64,000 bases of DNA from Candidatus Kaiserbacteria bacterium (lineage in GTDB: Bacteria; Patescibacteriota; Minisyncoccia; Phycocordibacterales; Phycocordibacteraceae): assembly GCA_023264445.1 (NCBI GenBank), contig JAHFMN010000002.1:2365-66364 (forward strand), written 5' to 3'. The translations under genes and the position numbers were made by a program. Positions 48,105-56,478 of this stretch are shown piece after piece; position 1 is the first letter of the stretch; each line of letters opens with the position of its first letter. The notes under the pieces are model-generated. The model ran no database searches and had not been told where the DNA came from. It saw only the letters and a program-made list of their open reading frames with translations.

Positions 48105-49191
48105 ACGAGTGGACGTGATCGCGTAGTGCGAGGCCGATTGCAGTGGCGTAGGAAAGCGATTCGGTGTAATCAAGTGTCGGAATCCACGTGTCACGTGAGG
48201 CGAGATTCGTGAAGACATCGCCGGCAGACACTGGGACCTGTAGTGCACCTTCGAGATATTCGGGAAGGCCGCGCACTGAAGCGTTGCCGCCGGCAAGAAT
48301 CACGCGCTCGACCGGCACATGTCCGGGAAGCGTCGCCTTGCTTTGCCAATACTCGAGCCGTCGTGCAATCTCATCACGAATAGCGGAAACGGTTGAGAGC
48401 ATGGCGGCAAGATAATCTTCGTTCCCGGGAGTCGGTACGATGCCTCGTTCCGCTTTTACTGTGCGGGCTTCGGCTTCCGTCACGCCGAAATGTTTCTGTA
48501 CCGCGAGCGTAAGCGCGTGGCCACCGATACCGATCGTCGCGGCGAAACGCGGTATCCGCTCTGTAACGATGGCAAGTTTCGTCGTCGTCTTTCCTACATC
48601 GATAAGAAGCGCAGTCGATGTATCTCCTCTAGGAAGCAGCGCGCGTGCCATCGCGAATGTCTCTCCCTCGAGCACACGCACTCCGATACCCGCTTCATCA
48701 AATACAGAGAGGGTGTCGTCGACGATTCTTCGGGCGAAACCGATACCCGCGATGCGCACCTCGCCTTGCGCACCCTGCCCCACCTCGACAAGATCGAAAG
48801 AGGTTTCCGGCGGCGGGAGCGGTATGAGCTCATCGAGATGCTGTTCGACCGCCACGCGCCACTCTTCTTTCTTCGTGCCAGTAGCCGTCGTCTCAAAAAG
48901 ATACGATTTCGATTCCGGCAATGAGACTACTGCAGTGGAAATGCCGGCTGTCCGCGCGGCGGTGGTGAGCGCTTCTATGATTGCTGTACGATTTACAATC
49001 TCTCCGTCGGTGAAGACACCGAGCGGCAACCGCACTTGCGAGTATCGTTCGAGAGTGAGGCCATGAGCCCCTTCTGCCAGGCGTGCTATCTTGACGCCGC
49101 TTGTTGAAATATCAATACCAGAGAGCGGTGGCACCAGATATCGCGGCGGCGCGAAGATGGCACGCGTACGCTCACCGAAAACGGATGACAT
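48097..49191 (-). CDS. pilM: Type IV pilus assembly protein PilM (actin-like ATPase fold)
   Basis: 364 aa with PilM/FtsA-like motifs. Confidence 0.8.
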   Translation of the reverse strand: MSSVFGERTRAIFAPPRYLVPPLSGIDISTSGVKIARLAEGAHGLTLERYSQVRLPLGVFTDGEIVNRTAIIEALTTAARTAGISTAVVSLPESKSYLFETTATGTKKEEWRVAVEQHLDELIPLPPPETSFDLVEVGQGAQGEVRIAGIGFARRIVDDTLSVFDEAGIGVRVLEGETFAMARALLPRGDTSTALLIDVGKTTTKLAIVTERIPRFAATIGIGGHALTLAVQKHFGVTEAEARTVKAERGIVPTPGNEDYLAAMLSTVSAIRDEIARRLEYWQSKATLPGHVPVERVILAGGNASVRGLPEYLEGALQVPVSAGDVFTNLASRDTWIPTLDYTESLSYATAIGLALRDHVHSYA

Positions 49192-49227
49192 GCACCAAGT
49201 ATAGCGCGTGCGAAGCGGCTTCGTATC

Positions 49228-49572
49228 CTAATGTGCACTGGTTCCGGGCGGTATGTCTCTATCCGGTGTCAGGAATGCGAACGTCTCATCCGTACCGACT
49301 GCAAAAAGCATGCCATTACTCTCGAATCCGCGTATGGTACGCGGCTCGAGATTCGTGACAAATGCAAGCTGGCGACCAATAAGCGACTCTGGCTCAGAAA
49401 CATACGCAGCAATACCGGAAATAATTTGTCGTGGACCCGTTTCCTCCCCGAAATCGACCATCAGGCGCAGAAGCTTATCGGTCTCGGGCACGCGTTCGGC
49501 ACTTCGTACCGTACCGACCCGCACCTCTATTTTCCCGAATTCGTCAATTGAAATGCGTGGTTTATTGTCCAT
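49228..49572 (-). CDS. Standalone tRNA-binding domain protein (CsaA/Trbp111-like, homologous to the MetRS C-terminal domain)
   Basis: GKIEVRVGTV...KLLRLMVDFGEE...LAFVTNLEP OB-fold motifs; start taken at MDNKPRISIDEF. Confidence 0.75.
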   Translation of the reverse strand: MDNKPRISIDEFGKIEVRVGTVRSAERVPETDKLLRLMVDFGEETGPRQIISGIAAYVSEPESLIGRQLAFVTNLEPRTIRGFESNGMLFAVGTDETFAFLTPDRDIPPGTSAH

Positions 49573-49978
49573 GATTGGTATGCGAAAGGTAGCTCGTAAG
49601 TATGAGCGCGGCAGCGGAAGCATCCACATCCGCGTGGGGCTTCGCCGCGCGTGATTTCATCTCTTTTCCCGGGGCACGGCGGGCTTCGGCGGTGGTAAAC
49701 ACTTCTGATTCGTAAAACACGGGTACACCCGCACGCTCGCCGAGCTGCTCGCCGAGCGTGCGGGCGCCTTTCACTATCGGATTCTCACCGCCCGCGAGCG
49801 TACGCGATTCTCCGATGACCACTGCGCCAATATTCTCCTTTGCGATAAGCGCGCACAGCTCATCCACGAGGCGTGGAGTGTTCGCCACGATGTTGTGCGG
49901 AAAACCCATCGTGCCTGCCTCGTCCGAGAGTGCAAGACCCACCTTCTTATGACCATAATCCACGCCGAGATACCGCAT
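49562..49978 (-). CDS. ruvX: Putative pre-16S rRNA nuclease / Holliday-junction resolvase-like YqgF (RuvX)
   Basis: MRYLGVDYGHKKVGLALSD N-terminus. Confidence 0.85.
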   Translation of the reverse strand: MRYLGVDYGHKKVGLALSDEAGTMGFPHNIVANTPRLVDELCALIAKENIGAVVIGESRTLAGGENPIVKGARTLGEQLGERAGVPVFYESEVFTTAEARRAPGKEMKSRAAKPHADVDASAAALILTSYLSHTNHGQ

Positions 49979-50007
49979 GTGACCAGTGTATGGTATAATG
50001 AGCTTCT

Positions 50008-50283
50008 ATGCACGACTACTCGCCGTTTTATTCTCCCTTCGCTCCTGCACTTCTCGGGGCGCTCATTCCGCTTCTTGTCGTTGTCGCGGCCTGGACCGTC
50101 ATTATCAAAGGATATGCTCTCTGGCACGCCGCACGCAACAGCCAGAAAGGCTGGTTCATCGCCCTCCTCATCGTCAACACGCTCGGCATCCTTGAAGTCG
50201 TCTATCTCATTTGGTTCCGCCCAGATGCTTCAAACATTATCGGTTCGCAGACGCCTGCGAAAGAATCATCACCGCAGGCGTAG
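50008..50283 (+). CDS. Small membrane protein, 91 aa, two TM helices
   Basis: Extended -10 TGGTATAAT at 49992-49999 with an 8-nt leader. Confidence 0.5.
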   Translation: MHDYSPFYSPFAPALLGALIPLLVVVAAWTVIIKGYALWHAARNSQKGWFIALLIVNTLGILEVVYLIWFRPDASNIIGSQTPAKESSPQA

Positions 50284-50290
50284 TAACGAA

Positions 50291-50380
50291 GGAAGGGTGG
50301 CAGAGCGGTCTAATGCACCGGTCTTGAAAACCGGAGTCTCCTTACGGGGACCGTGAGTTCGAATCTCACCCCTTCCGCCA
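50291..50380 (+). tRNA. tRNA-Ser (anticodon UGA), type II, with an encoded CCA
   Basis: Manual cloverleaf, 90 nt; G73 discriminator; long variable arm. Confidence 0.85.
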
Positions 50381-50404
50381 TATTTCTGGTGCTATACTTT
50401 TCCA

Positions 50405-50878
50405 ATGAATCGCGCGGTCCTTTTAGAATGGGAAGGGAGAGAATACGACCATAATCCGAAGCATAGCGACTGGTATTGGGCGCTTGGCATCATCGCAGTC
50501 GCCGGTGCGCTTGCCGCAATACTCTTCGGGAATTACCTCCTTGCTGTGCTCATCATCATCGCGACTGGCGCGCTCGCTCTCCACGCCGCCAAAGAGCCAC
50601 CTTTGCATCGCTTTAGTCTGGTTGAGCAGGGTATCGTCATCGGGGACGAATTACATCCATTTGAACGGATGATTTCATTCTCTGTCCTTGAAGATGTCGA
50701 GGGAGCCCTTGCGCCCATGCTCTCTATCAAGACTGAAAGCTGGTTCTCACCACATCTCATCATCCCGCTTGAGGGCGTTGACCCCGACACCGTGTACGCA
50801 TATTTTCTCCAGCGTGTTGATGAAGATGAACACCATCACACGTTCGTTGACTTGGTGGCGGCGTGGCTCGGGTTCTGA
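50405..50878 (+). CDS. Hypothetical membrane protein, 157 aa
   Basis: Two TM helices then a soluble domain. Confidence 0.5.
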   Translation: MNRAVLLEWEGREYDHNPKHSDWYWALGIIAVAGALAAILFGNYLLAVLIIIATGALALHAAKEPPLHRFSLVEQGIVIGDELHPFERMISFSVLEDVEGALAPMLSIKTESWFSPHLIIPLEGVDPDTVYAYFLQRVDEDEHHHTFVDLVAAWLGF

Positions 50879-50973
50879 TATACATTCAGTATTGCTCCCG
50901 TATCTTCTCGGATTCGATACGTGAGCTCGTTCGGAGAGTTAAGAATCCGAGGATGCACCTACTTCCTCACTAC

Positions 50974-51045
50974 GCTCTCGTCGTTCAACGGATAGGACAC
51001 CGGCTTGCGGAGCCGGCAATAGAGGTTCGATTCCTCTCGAGAGCA
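50974..51045 (+). tRNA. tRNA-Arg (anticodon GCG), with no encoded CCA
   Basis: Manual cloverleaf, 72 nt; the acceptor and D-arm are near-identical to the adjacent tRNA-Arg(CCG); anticodon loop UUGCGGA. Confidence 0.7.
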
Positions 51046-51079
51046 CTGAATTCGTTTTAGAGTTAGGATTGAAAAGTTC

Positions 51080-51154
51080 GCTCTCGTCGTTCAATGGATA
51101 GGACACCTCCCTCCGAAGGAGGAGATACAGGTTCGATTCCTGTTGAGAGCACCA
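51080..51154 (+). tRNA. tRNA-Arg (anticodon CCG) with an encoded CCA
   Basis: Manual cloverleaf, 75 nt, anticodon loop CUCCGAA. Confidence 0.85.
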
Positions 51155-51174
51155 AATGTATGACAAAGTCATAC

Positions 51175-51206
51175 AGAGAAAACGGCTCTTACGAGCTGTT
51201 TTCTCT
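51175..51206. terminator. Intrinsic terminator after the tRNA-Arg pair: AGAGAAAACGGCTC-TTAC-GAGCTGTTTTCTCT
   Basis: 14 bp stem (one G-U pair) followed by a T-run. Confidence 0.6.
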
Positions 51207-51341
51207 TTGGCAATTTTTGAATGCCTGGCACACCCCAAGAGGACATCGAACTTCTCTACGATGCACTTACTAGTTTTATTGTTTGGTTAAAAGAAAGAGC
51301 ATCCCGGAGGATGCTCTGCGATGTTCATTCTGCACGCGACA

Positions 51342-51509
51342 TCAGGCAGTTGTGCCTGTCGTGCCCTGCTCAGCGTTGTGGTTTGCCACGACCTTCTCGA
51401 TGGCATCGGCCAATATCTCGGCCGCACCGGCGATAGCTTTCTCGCTCGTGCCCGGCGGGACCAGCTCCCTGATATCGTCAGTGACTTTCTGCAAAAGCTC
51501 CGGATTCAT
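51342..51509 (-). CDS. Small hypothetical protein of about 55 aa (MNPELLQKVTDDIRELVPPGTSEKAIAGAAEILADAIEKVV...)
   Basis: GGAGGA directly upstream of the ATG; below the ORF-track size cutoff. Confidence 0.35.
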   Translation of the reverse strand: MNPELLQKVTDDIRELVPPGTSEKAIAGAAEILADAIEKVVANHNAEQGTTGTTA

Positions 51510-51670
51510 ATGTCCTCCAATCGTTATAGAAGCCTGGGGTTGAACCTCTCCCCATACAGTACTATCTCAAAACGAGTGGTCAAGAGGACGCATGCGCAGC
51601 TACAAGAATGTGCGCCCCACGCACATTTACCCGCCGTGCGCTCCTCGGCATCAGGAGCGACACTCTTTGC

Positions 51671-51844
51671 ATGACATGTCGTGTCGCATTCACCATATCG
51701 TTGCCACCCGACTTGGCGAGGAAGCTAGCTGAGGGCATGGATCGGGAGCACCGCACCCGGTCGGAGTTCGTGCGGGAGGCCATTCGCCAATATCTTTCCT
51801 CCCATGAGGAAAGATATTCCAAAGATATCGCCCCTCGTTCGTGA
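51671..51844 (+). CDS. Ribbon-helix-helix (CopG/Arc/MetJ family) DNA-binding protein, 57 aa
   Basis: Beta-strand VAFTISLPPDLARKL followed by helices EHRTRSEFVREAIRQYL. Confidence 0.65.
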   Translation: MTCRVAFTISLPPDLARKLAEGMDREHRTRSEFVREAIRQYLSSHEERYSKDIAPRS

Positions 51845-51848
51845 GCTC

Positions 51849-51989
51849 ATGCCAGGAGCAACAGAGGAAGAGTTGCAAGAGGCAACTGAGAACCTGCGTG
51901 CCTACCTAGCGGTGGCCTACAGGATCTTCAGGAGGCTGGAAGCTGAAAAAAGCGGAACGAACGAGGATAGCGATTTGGACGGCGTGTAG
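51849..51989 (+). CDS. Small ORF of 46 aa starting 4 nt after the RHH stop (MPGATEEELQEATENLRAYLAVAYRIFRRLEAEK...)
   Basis: Tight coupling to the RHH gene; helical propensity; weak support. Confidence 0.3.
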   Translation: MPGATEEELQEATENLRAYLAVAYRIFRRLEAEKSGTNEDSDLDGV

Positions 51990-52182
51990 CAGGTGCTACA
52001 TCCTGAGAGAGTTCGGCAGCATCGGCCGGGCGCTCTTTGTCTATGACCGCATCATAAATCTTCTCTACGAACTTGCGACGTTTACACTGTTTAGTTCGAG
52101 GTCTGTCCCGAAACGGTGCACAAATTGATTGACTTTCCCGGATGCTAAAGTTGGAGAGGAATCCTTACCTAGGAGACGAGTC

Positions 52183-52434
52183 ATGGACGATCCTGTCCTT
52201 GTTTCCGCAGAGCGTTGGTGGAAGAAACTCCACAACCCTCTCGGCGCAACATTCCGCATCACCTTTGCTGGGCGTCCGAAGCCAGTCATCCCGTCGGATC
52301 GGGAGATTGTGCAGAGCGTCGTCGCAACGGTCGCATCAGATGAAGTGAGTCTTCATCAAGGTCACTTCATCACCGAAGACGATGTCGCGAAGCTTAGGGC
52401 CGAAGTTCTCGCACACGATTTTCAACGGAAGTAA
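52183..52434 (+). CDS. Hypothetical protein of 83 aa (start MDDPVLVSAERWW)
   Basis: AGGAGA Shine-Dalgarno 6 nt upstream of the internal ATG. Confidence 0.45.
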   Translation: MDDPVLVSAERWWKKLHNPLGATFRITFAGRPKPVIPSDREIVQSVVATVASDEVSLHQGHFITEDDVAKLRAEVLAHDFQRK

Positions 52435-52454
52435 GGGAAAGATCCCGACAACAG

Positions 52455-52476
52455 AGGAGCACCCACGGGTGCTCCT
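52455..52476. terminator. Bidirectional terminator between gene 52183..52434 and rpsT: GGAGCACCC-ACG-GGTGCTCC
   Basis: 8 bp stem with flanking T/A-rich tracts. Confidence 0.55.
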
Positions 52477-52490
52477 TCTTACTTTAGGGA

Positions 52491-52757
52491 TTAACCCTGA
52501 GCGCGTTTGAGAGCGGCGGCGAGGCGCGCTTTCTTGCGGTCGGCGGTGTTGCCCTTGATGACGCCGCGCTTCATCGCCTTGTCGATTGCCTTGTAGGCCG
52601 CGGGGAGGAGCTTTTCAGCACCTTTTACGTCCTTAGTGGCAAGCGCCTTCATGAACGACTTGGTCGTATCGTAGAGTGCGTCCTTGCGGCGCAGATTGAA
52701 AACATGCTTCCGTGCCGCAGAGCGGATCGCTTTCTTTGCCGAACTAGTAATAGCCAT
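52491..52757 (-). CDS. rpsT: 30S ribosomal protein S20
   Basis: 88 aa; basic helical protein matching bS20. Confidence 0.9.
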   Translation of the reverse strand: MAITSSAKKAIRSAARKHVFNLRRKDALYDTTKSFMKALATKDVKGAEKLLPAAYKAIDKAMKRGVIKGNTADRKKARLAAALKRAQG

Positions 52758-52815
52758 AGGTACTCCATATATACGTCATCTCCCCAATGAGTGCAAATGG
52801 TAGTACGATAGCAGC

Positions 52816-53358
52816 ATGATTCGGCAGATACGCGGGAAGGTACTCTCTGTGGGGCCTGTGCATGCGATCATCGAAGTCGCTGGATTCGGAATTGAGGTAC
52901 GCATGTGTGCGCCTGACACTCTTTCTATCGGCAGCGAGGCAACTCTTGCGACGCATCTCGCCGTCAAACAAGACGGGATGGATCTCTACGGCTTCCTCGA
53001 TGCGGCTGACCGTGATTTCTTTGAGCGCATCATCTCCGTTTCGGGTATAGGGCCGAAAACTGCACTCTCAGTATTGCGCAAAGCACCTCGTGAGGCGCTT
53101 GAAGGCGCTATCGGTAAGCGTGATCTCAGCTACCTGACCAAGGTCGTCGGGCTCGGCAAGAAAAGCGCAGAGAAAATGCTTGCGGAACTTGCAGACAAGA
53201 TCGGTCCTCATTCGCATGACGGCGCGGACGGTGAAGTGTTTGATACGCTCGTTGCGCTCGGTTATACCGAACGTGAGGCACGCCGGGCACTTCAAGATAT
53301 TCCGAAAGAGGCCGTTGGTAAGGAGGCGCGGTTGAAGGCCGCGCTTTCCCGCTCATAA
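52816..53358 (+). CDS. ruvA: Holliday junction branch migration protein RuvA
   Basis: HhH motifs ISVSGIGPKTA and VVGLGKKSAEKM. Confidence 0.9.
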   Translation: MIRQIRGKVLSVGPVHAIIEVAGFGIEVRMCAPDTLSIGSEATLATHLAVKQDGMDLYGFLDAADRDFFERIISVSGIGPKTALSVLRKAPREALEGAIGKRDLSYLTKVVGLGKKSAEKMLAELADKIGPHSHDGADGEVFDTLVALGYTEREARRALQDIPKEAVGKEARLKAALSRS

Positions 53359-53366
53359 GACATTGC

Positions 53367-54644
53367 ATGTACGAATTGGTTAATCGTTTTGTTCGCGTAT
53401 TAAAGAAAATCCTGCCGGGGTGGGTTGTACGGCCATTTCTACCTCTTTACCATGGTGCGCTTGCCTTTCTCTTAGCTCTCTCCTATGGCTTCCCTGCCCG
53501 CTCACTCACCGTCATCGGCATCACGGGGACCAAAGGGAAATCGACTACCGCTGAAATGGTCTTTTCAATCCTACGTAAAGCCGGGCACCGAACGGCACTC
53601 CTTTCTACTATCCGATTCGCGATTGAAGACCATTCAGAGCCAAATCTTTTCAAGATGACGCTCGCGGGGCGCGGATTCGCGCAGGCATTCATGCGCCGTG
53701 CGCTTGATGCGGGATGTACGCATCTTGTTGTTGAAATAACGTCTGAAAGCGTCCTACAGTACCGGCACTGGTTCTTAAATCTTGATGGGCTCATTGTGAC
53801 AAATGTGCAGCGTGAACACATAGAACGACATGGCTCATTTGCACATTATGTCGCGGCCAAACGCATCATCGTGGATACGCTTGCGCGCTCACCCAAGCGC
53901 AAACGCGTACTGATTGCAAACGATGACATCCCTGAAAGCCATGCGTTTCTCGCACGACGTGGACTGACAGCGATCGGATTTAGTGCACAAGAGCTTGCAC
54001 ATCTGTCTGCAGACGATCAGAGTATCCGTTTTGAGTACAGTGGTGTGCACTTCGTTGTCCCTCTACCGGGCACTTTTTCTGCAATGAACGCGCTTGCTGC
54101 AATAAAACTCTGCGAAGCGTTCGGCGTCCCGCTTACTATTGCCGCAGCAGCACTTGCCGCTCTGCCGATTGTACGCGGCCGCATGGAACGCATTGAAGCG
54201 GGTCAAAACTTTCTTGTCATCGTTGATTACGCTCATACACCGGATTCGCTCCGGGCGCTCTATAGCGCCTTTCCAAAACAGCGGAAGATTTGTGTCCTTG
54301 GGAATACCGGAGGGGGACGCGACGCATGGAAACGACCGGAGATGGGCAACATTGCTGACGAAGCATGTGAAAAAGTCATCCTCACAAATGAAGACCCGTA
54401 CGACGAAGACCCTCGCGCAATTCTCGACGCAATGACACGCGATATGAAACGCGCTCCTACTATCGTCCTCGATCGGCGCGAAGCTATTCGCGCCGCGCTT
54501 GCCTCAGCGAGCGCGGGCGATGCTGTTCTCATTTCCGGAAAAGGCACCGACCCATTCATCATGTCCGCAAACGGAACGAAGATACCGTGGAGTGATGCAC
54601 AGGTCGCCCGCGAGGAACTTGAACGGCTTCTCCCAGAAGTTTGA
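53367..54644 (+). CDS. murE: Mur ligase family protein, most likely UDP-MurNAc-tripeptide synthetase MurE
   Basis: GITGTKGKST P-loop; Mur ligase middle and C-terminal domains. Confidence 0.8.
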   Translation: MYELVNRFVRVLKKILPGWVVRPFLPLYHGALAFLLALSYGFPARSLTVIGITGTKGKSTTAEMVFSILRKAGHRTALLSTIRFAIEDHSEPNLFKMTLAGRGFAQAFMRRALDAGCTHLVVEITSESVLQYRHWFLNLDGLIVTNVQREHIERHGSFAHYVAAKRIIVDTLARSPKRKRVLIANDDIPESHAFLARRGLTAIGFSAQELAHLSADDQSIRFEYSGVHFVVPLPGTFSAMNALAAIKLCEAFGVPLTIAAAALAALPIVRGRMERIEAGQNFLVIVDYAHTPDSLRALYSAFPKQRKICVLGNTGGGRDAWKRPEMGNIADEACEKVILTNEDPYDEDPRAILDAMTRDMKRAPTIVLDRREAIRAALASASAGDAVLISGKGTDPFIMSANGTKIPWSDAQVAREELERLLPEV

Positions 54645-54656
54645 TACTATTGCCAT

Positions 54657-55607
54657 ATGGAGCATGATGCATGGTTTTTCATAGGCGTTTTCGTCTTCAT
54701 ATTCCTCATGTGGATCGCGACTGGTGGACCCCTTCACCCCATCGCATTTACCGGACCATCGCTTGCAGAGCCGCAGGAGCTCGGCGGCGGTACCTATCTC
54801 CAGCTTCCTCGAGCGCCATTTGGCATCGGTGGTACGAATATTTCCTTGCCGGGTTCCTCAAGTGGTGGTGGCGCGGTTACTAATTCAGGAGCATCTCTTC
54901 CCACATTGACGGGGGGCACCTTCGGCACGCTCTCCCCCTATCGTGGCATCGTTCGGATGAATCACTATGTATCGAGCGCCGGCGCCACAGATCCCAAAAA
55001 CGAATATGTAGAAATTTCCGTCGCTCAAGATGCCCGGGTGCCGATTAATCTTTCCGGGTGGAGGCTGCAGAGCGATGCGAGCGGCAAGACGGTTGCTATT
55101 CCGAAAGGGACCGAGCTTCCGATCGGCGGGACGATAAATGAAGCGCAAGACATCGTGCTTGTGCCCGGCGCGCGTGCAATCATTGTTTCCGGCCGTTCTC
55201 CAATCGGCGCTTCCTTCCGGGAAAATAAATGCATCGGTTATTTCGGTACGTTCCAGACGTTTTATCCACCTCTTCCACAGAACTGCCCAGCGCCCTCGGA
55301 TGAACTTTCTTCTTTCTATGGGCCTGGGTACATCAGCGATGCCGCTTGCATAGAATACGTGCGCACGATTCCCCGCTGCCAAGTCACACTTACTCCCCCC
55401 GCGAATGCTTCGGGTGCGTGCCAGAATTTCATAGTAAAATACTTCAACTACAACGGCTGCATCGATGCACATAAGAATGATGCTGCCTTCGAAGGCGACA
55501 CATGGCGTATCTACCTTGGCCGCACCACGTCCTTATGGCTCGCCAGATATGAAATCGTGAAGCTGCTCGACGGCAATGGCAAAACGGTAGACGCGTTCAG
55601 CTACTAA
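54657..55607 (+). CDS. Membrane-anchored protein with a lamin-tail domain (LTD) and a Cys-rich C-terminal region
   Basis: TM helix; NEYVEISVAQDARVPINLSGWRLQS is typical of LTD. Confidence 0.65.
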   Translation: MEHDAWFFIGVFVFIFLMWIATGGPLHPIAFTGPSLAEPQELGGGTYLQLPRAPFGIGGTNISLPGSSSGGGAVTNSGASLPTLTGGTFGTLSPYRGIVRMNHYVSSAGATDPKNEYVEISVAQDARVPINLSGWRLQSDASGKTVAIPKGTELPIGGTINEAQDIVLVPGARAIIVSGRSPIGASFRENKCIGYFGTFQTFYPPLPQNCPAPSDELSSFYGPGYISDAACIEYVRTIPRCQVTLTPPANASGACQNFIVKYFNYNGCIDAHKNDAAFEGDTWRIYLGRTTSLWLARYEIVKLLDGNGKTVDAFSY

Positions 55608-55617
55608 TCTAAAGGGG

Positions 55618-55690
55618 TGCGCCCAGATGGATTCGAACCATCGACCAACGGCTTAAAAGGCCGCTGCTCTACCAACTGAGCTATGGGCGC
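55618..55690 (-). tRNA. tRNA-Lys (anticodon UUU)
   Basis: Manual cloverleaf, 73 nt, anticodon loop CUUUUAA. Confidence 0.85.
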
Positions 55691-55791
55691 GAACTGAGGA
55701 AGAATGAATGCATCCTCGGATTCTTTCTCTCCAAACGAGCGCTCATATCGATCCGGGAAGATATGGGCGCGATTTTTATAACGTACTCTTT

Positions 55792-56478
55792 TTAAAGAGA
55801 AAGCGCAAAACGTTCAAGGGAAAGAGACAGGTCAAGACCACCGCGACGAGAGTCTTGAAGAAGTTTGATAAGAGCAAGCGAGAGTTGCCGCGATTCTTCT
55901 TGCTTCCACACGCGACTCCCCTTCTCCATAAGATCGCGCGCCTTCCAGTGCAAAAGTCCATGCAGCATCTCTGGCGCATCGCCCGCGGCGAGCGCTTGAT
56001 TGACTTCAAGCCAGAGCTTCTCACGGCTGCGCGCGGCAAGTGCATTCACTAGGTTTGTATTGAATCCGCGTGCGGCCTCGCGTGGAATAGCTGCATCAAA
56101 CGTATACGTCATTTTCGCCTTCGCCGCTATCTTCTTCGCCTTTGCTGCAAGCAGTTTCGGCGCAAGGATAACTATTGCGTTATCGGAAGCGGCAAGCTGA
56201 TCGAGATGTTCCTCGAGAATCCCCGTAGCATCTTCATCACTCCCTTCGTCTTCTGCTGCTGTCCGTTTAGACGGAAATGGGTCATCTATCAGTATGAGGA
56301 GGCGTTGTACAAAAAGGCCTCCCGAAAGCGCTGCATCCTCGAGCGCGGCGTGCGAGAGCTCCTCGCGCGCAAGCCGCACGTATGCAAGGTTTGGCTCTTT
56401 CATGCGGGCTTTTGCTACCCATTCAAAGGCCTTGGTGCGCACCTTCTCAACTTCAGAACCGTGGAAAAGATATATCAT
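55792..56478 (-). CDS. holA: DNA polymerase III delta subunit (HolA-like), short form
   Basis: MIYLFHGSE N-terminus; overlaps polA by 4 nt. Confidence 0.65.
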   Translation of the reverse strand: MIYLFHGSEVEKVRTKAFEWVAKARMKEPNLAYVRLAREELSHAALEDAALSGGLFVQRLLILIDDPFPSKRTAAEDEGSDEDATGILEEHLDQLAASDNAIVILAPKLLAAKAKKIAAKAKMTYTFDAAIPREAARGFNTNLVNALAARSREKLWLEVNQALAAGDAPEMLHGLLHWKARDLMEKGSRVWKQEESRQLSLALIKLLQDSRRGGLDLSLSLERFALSL

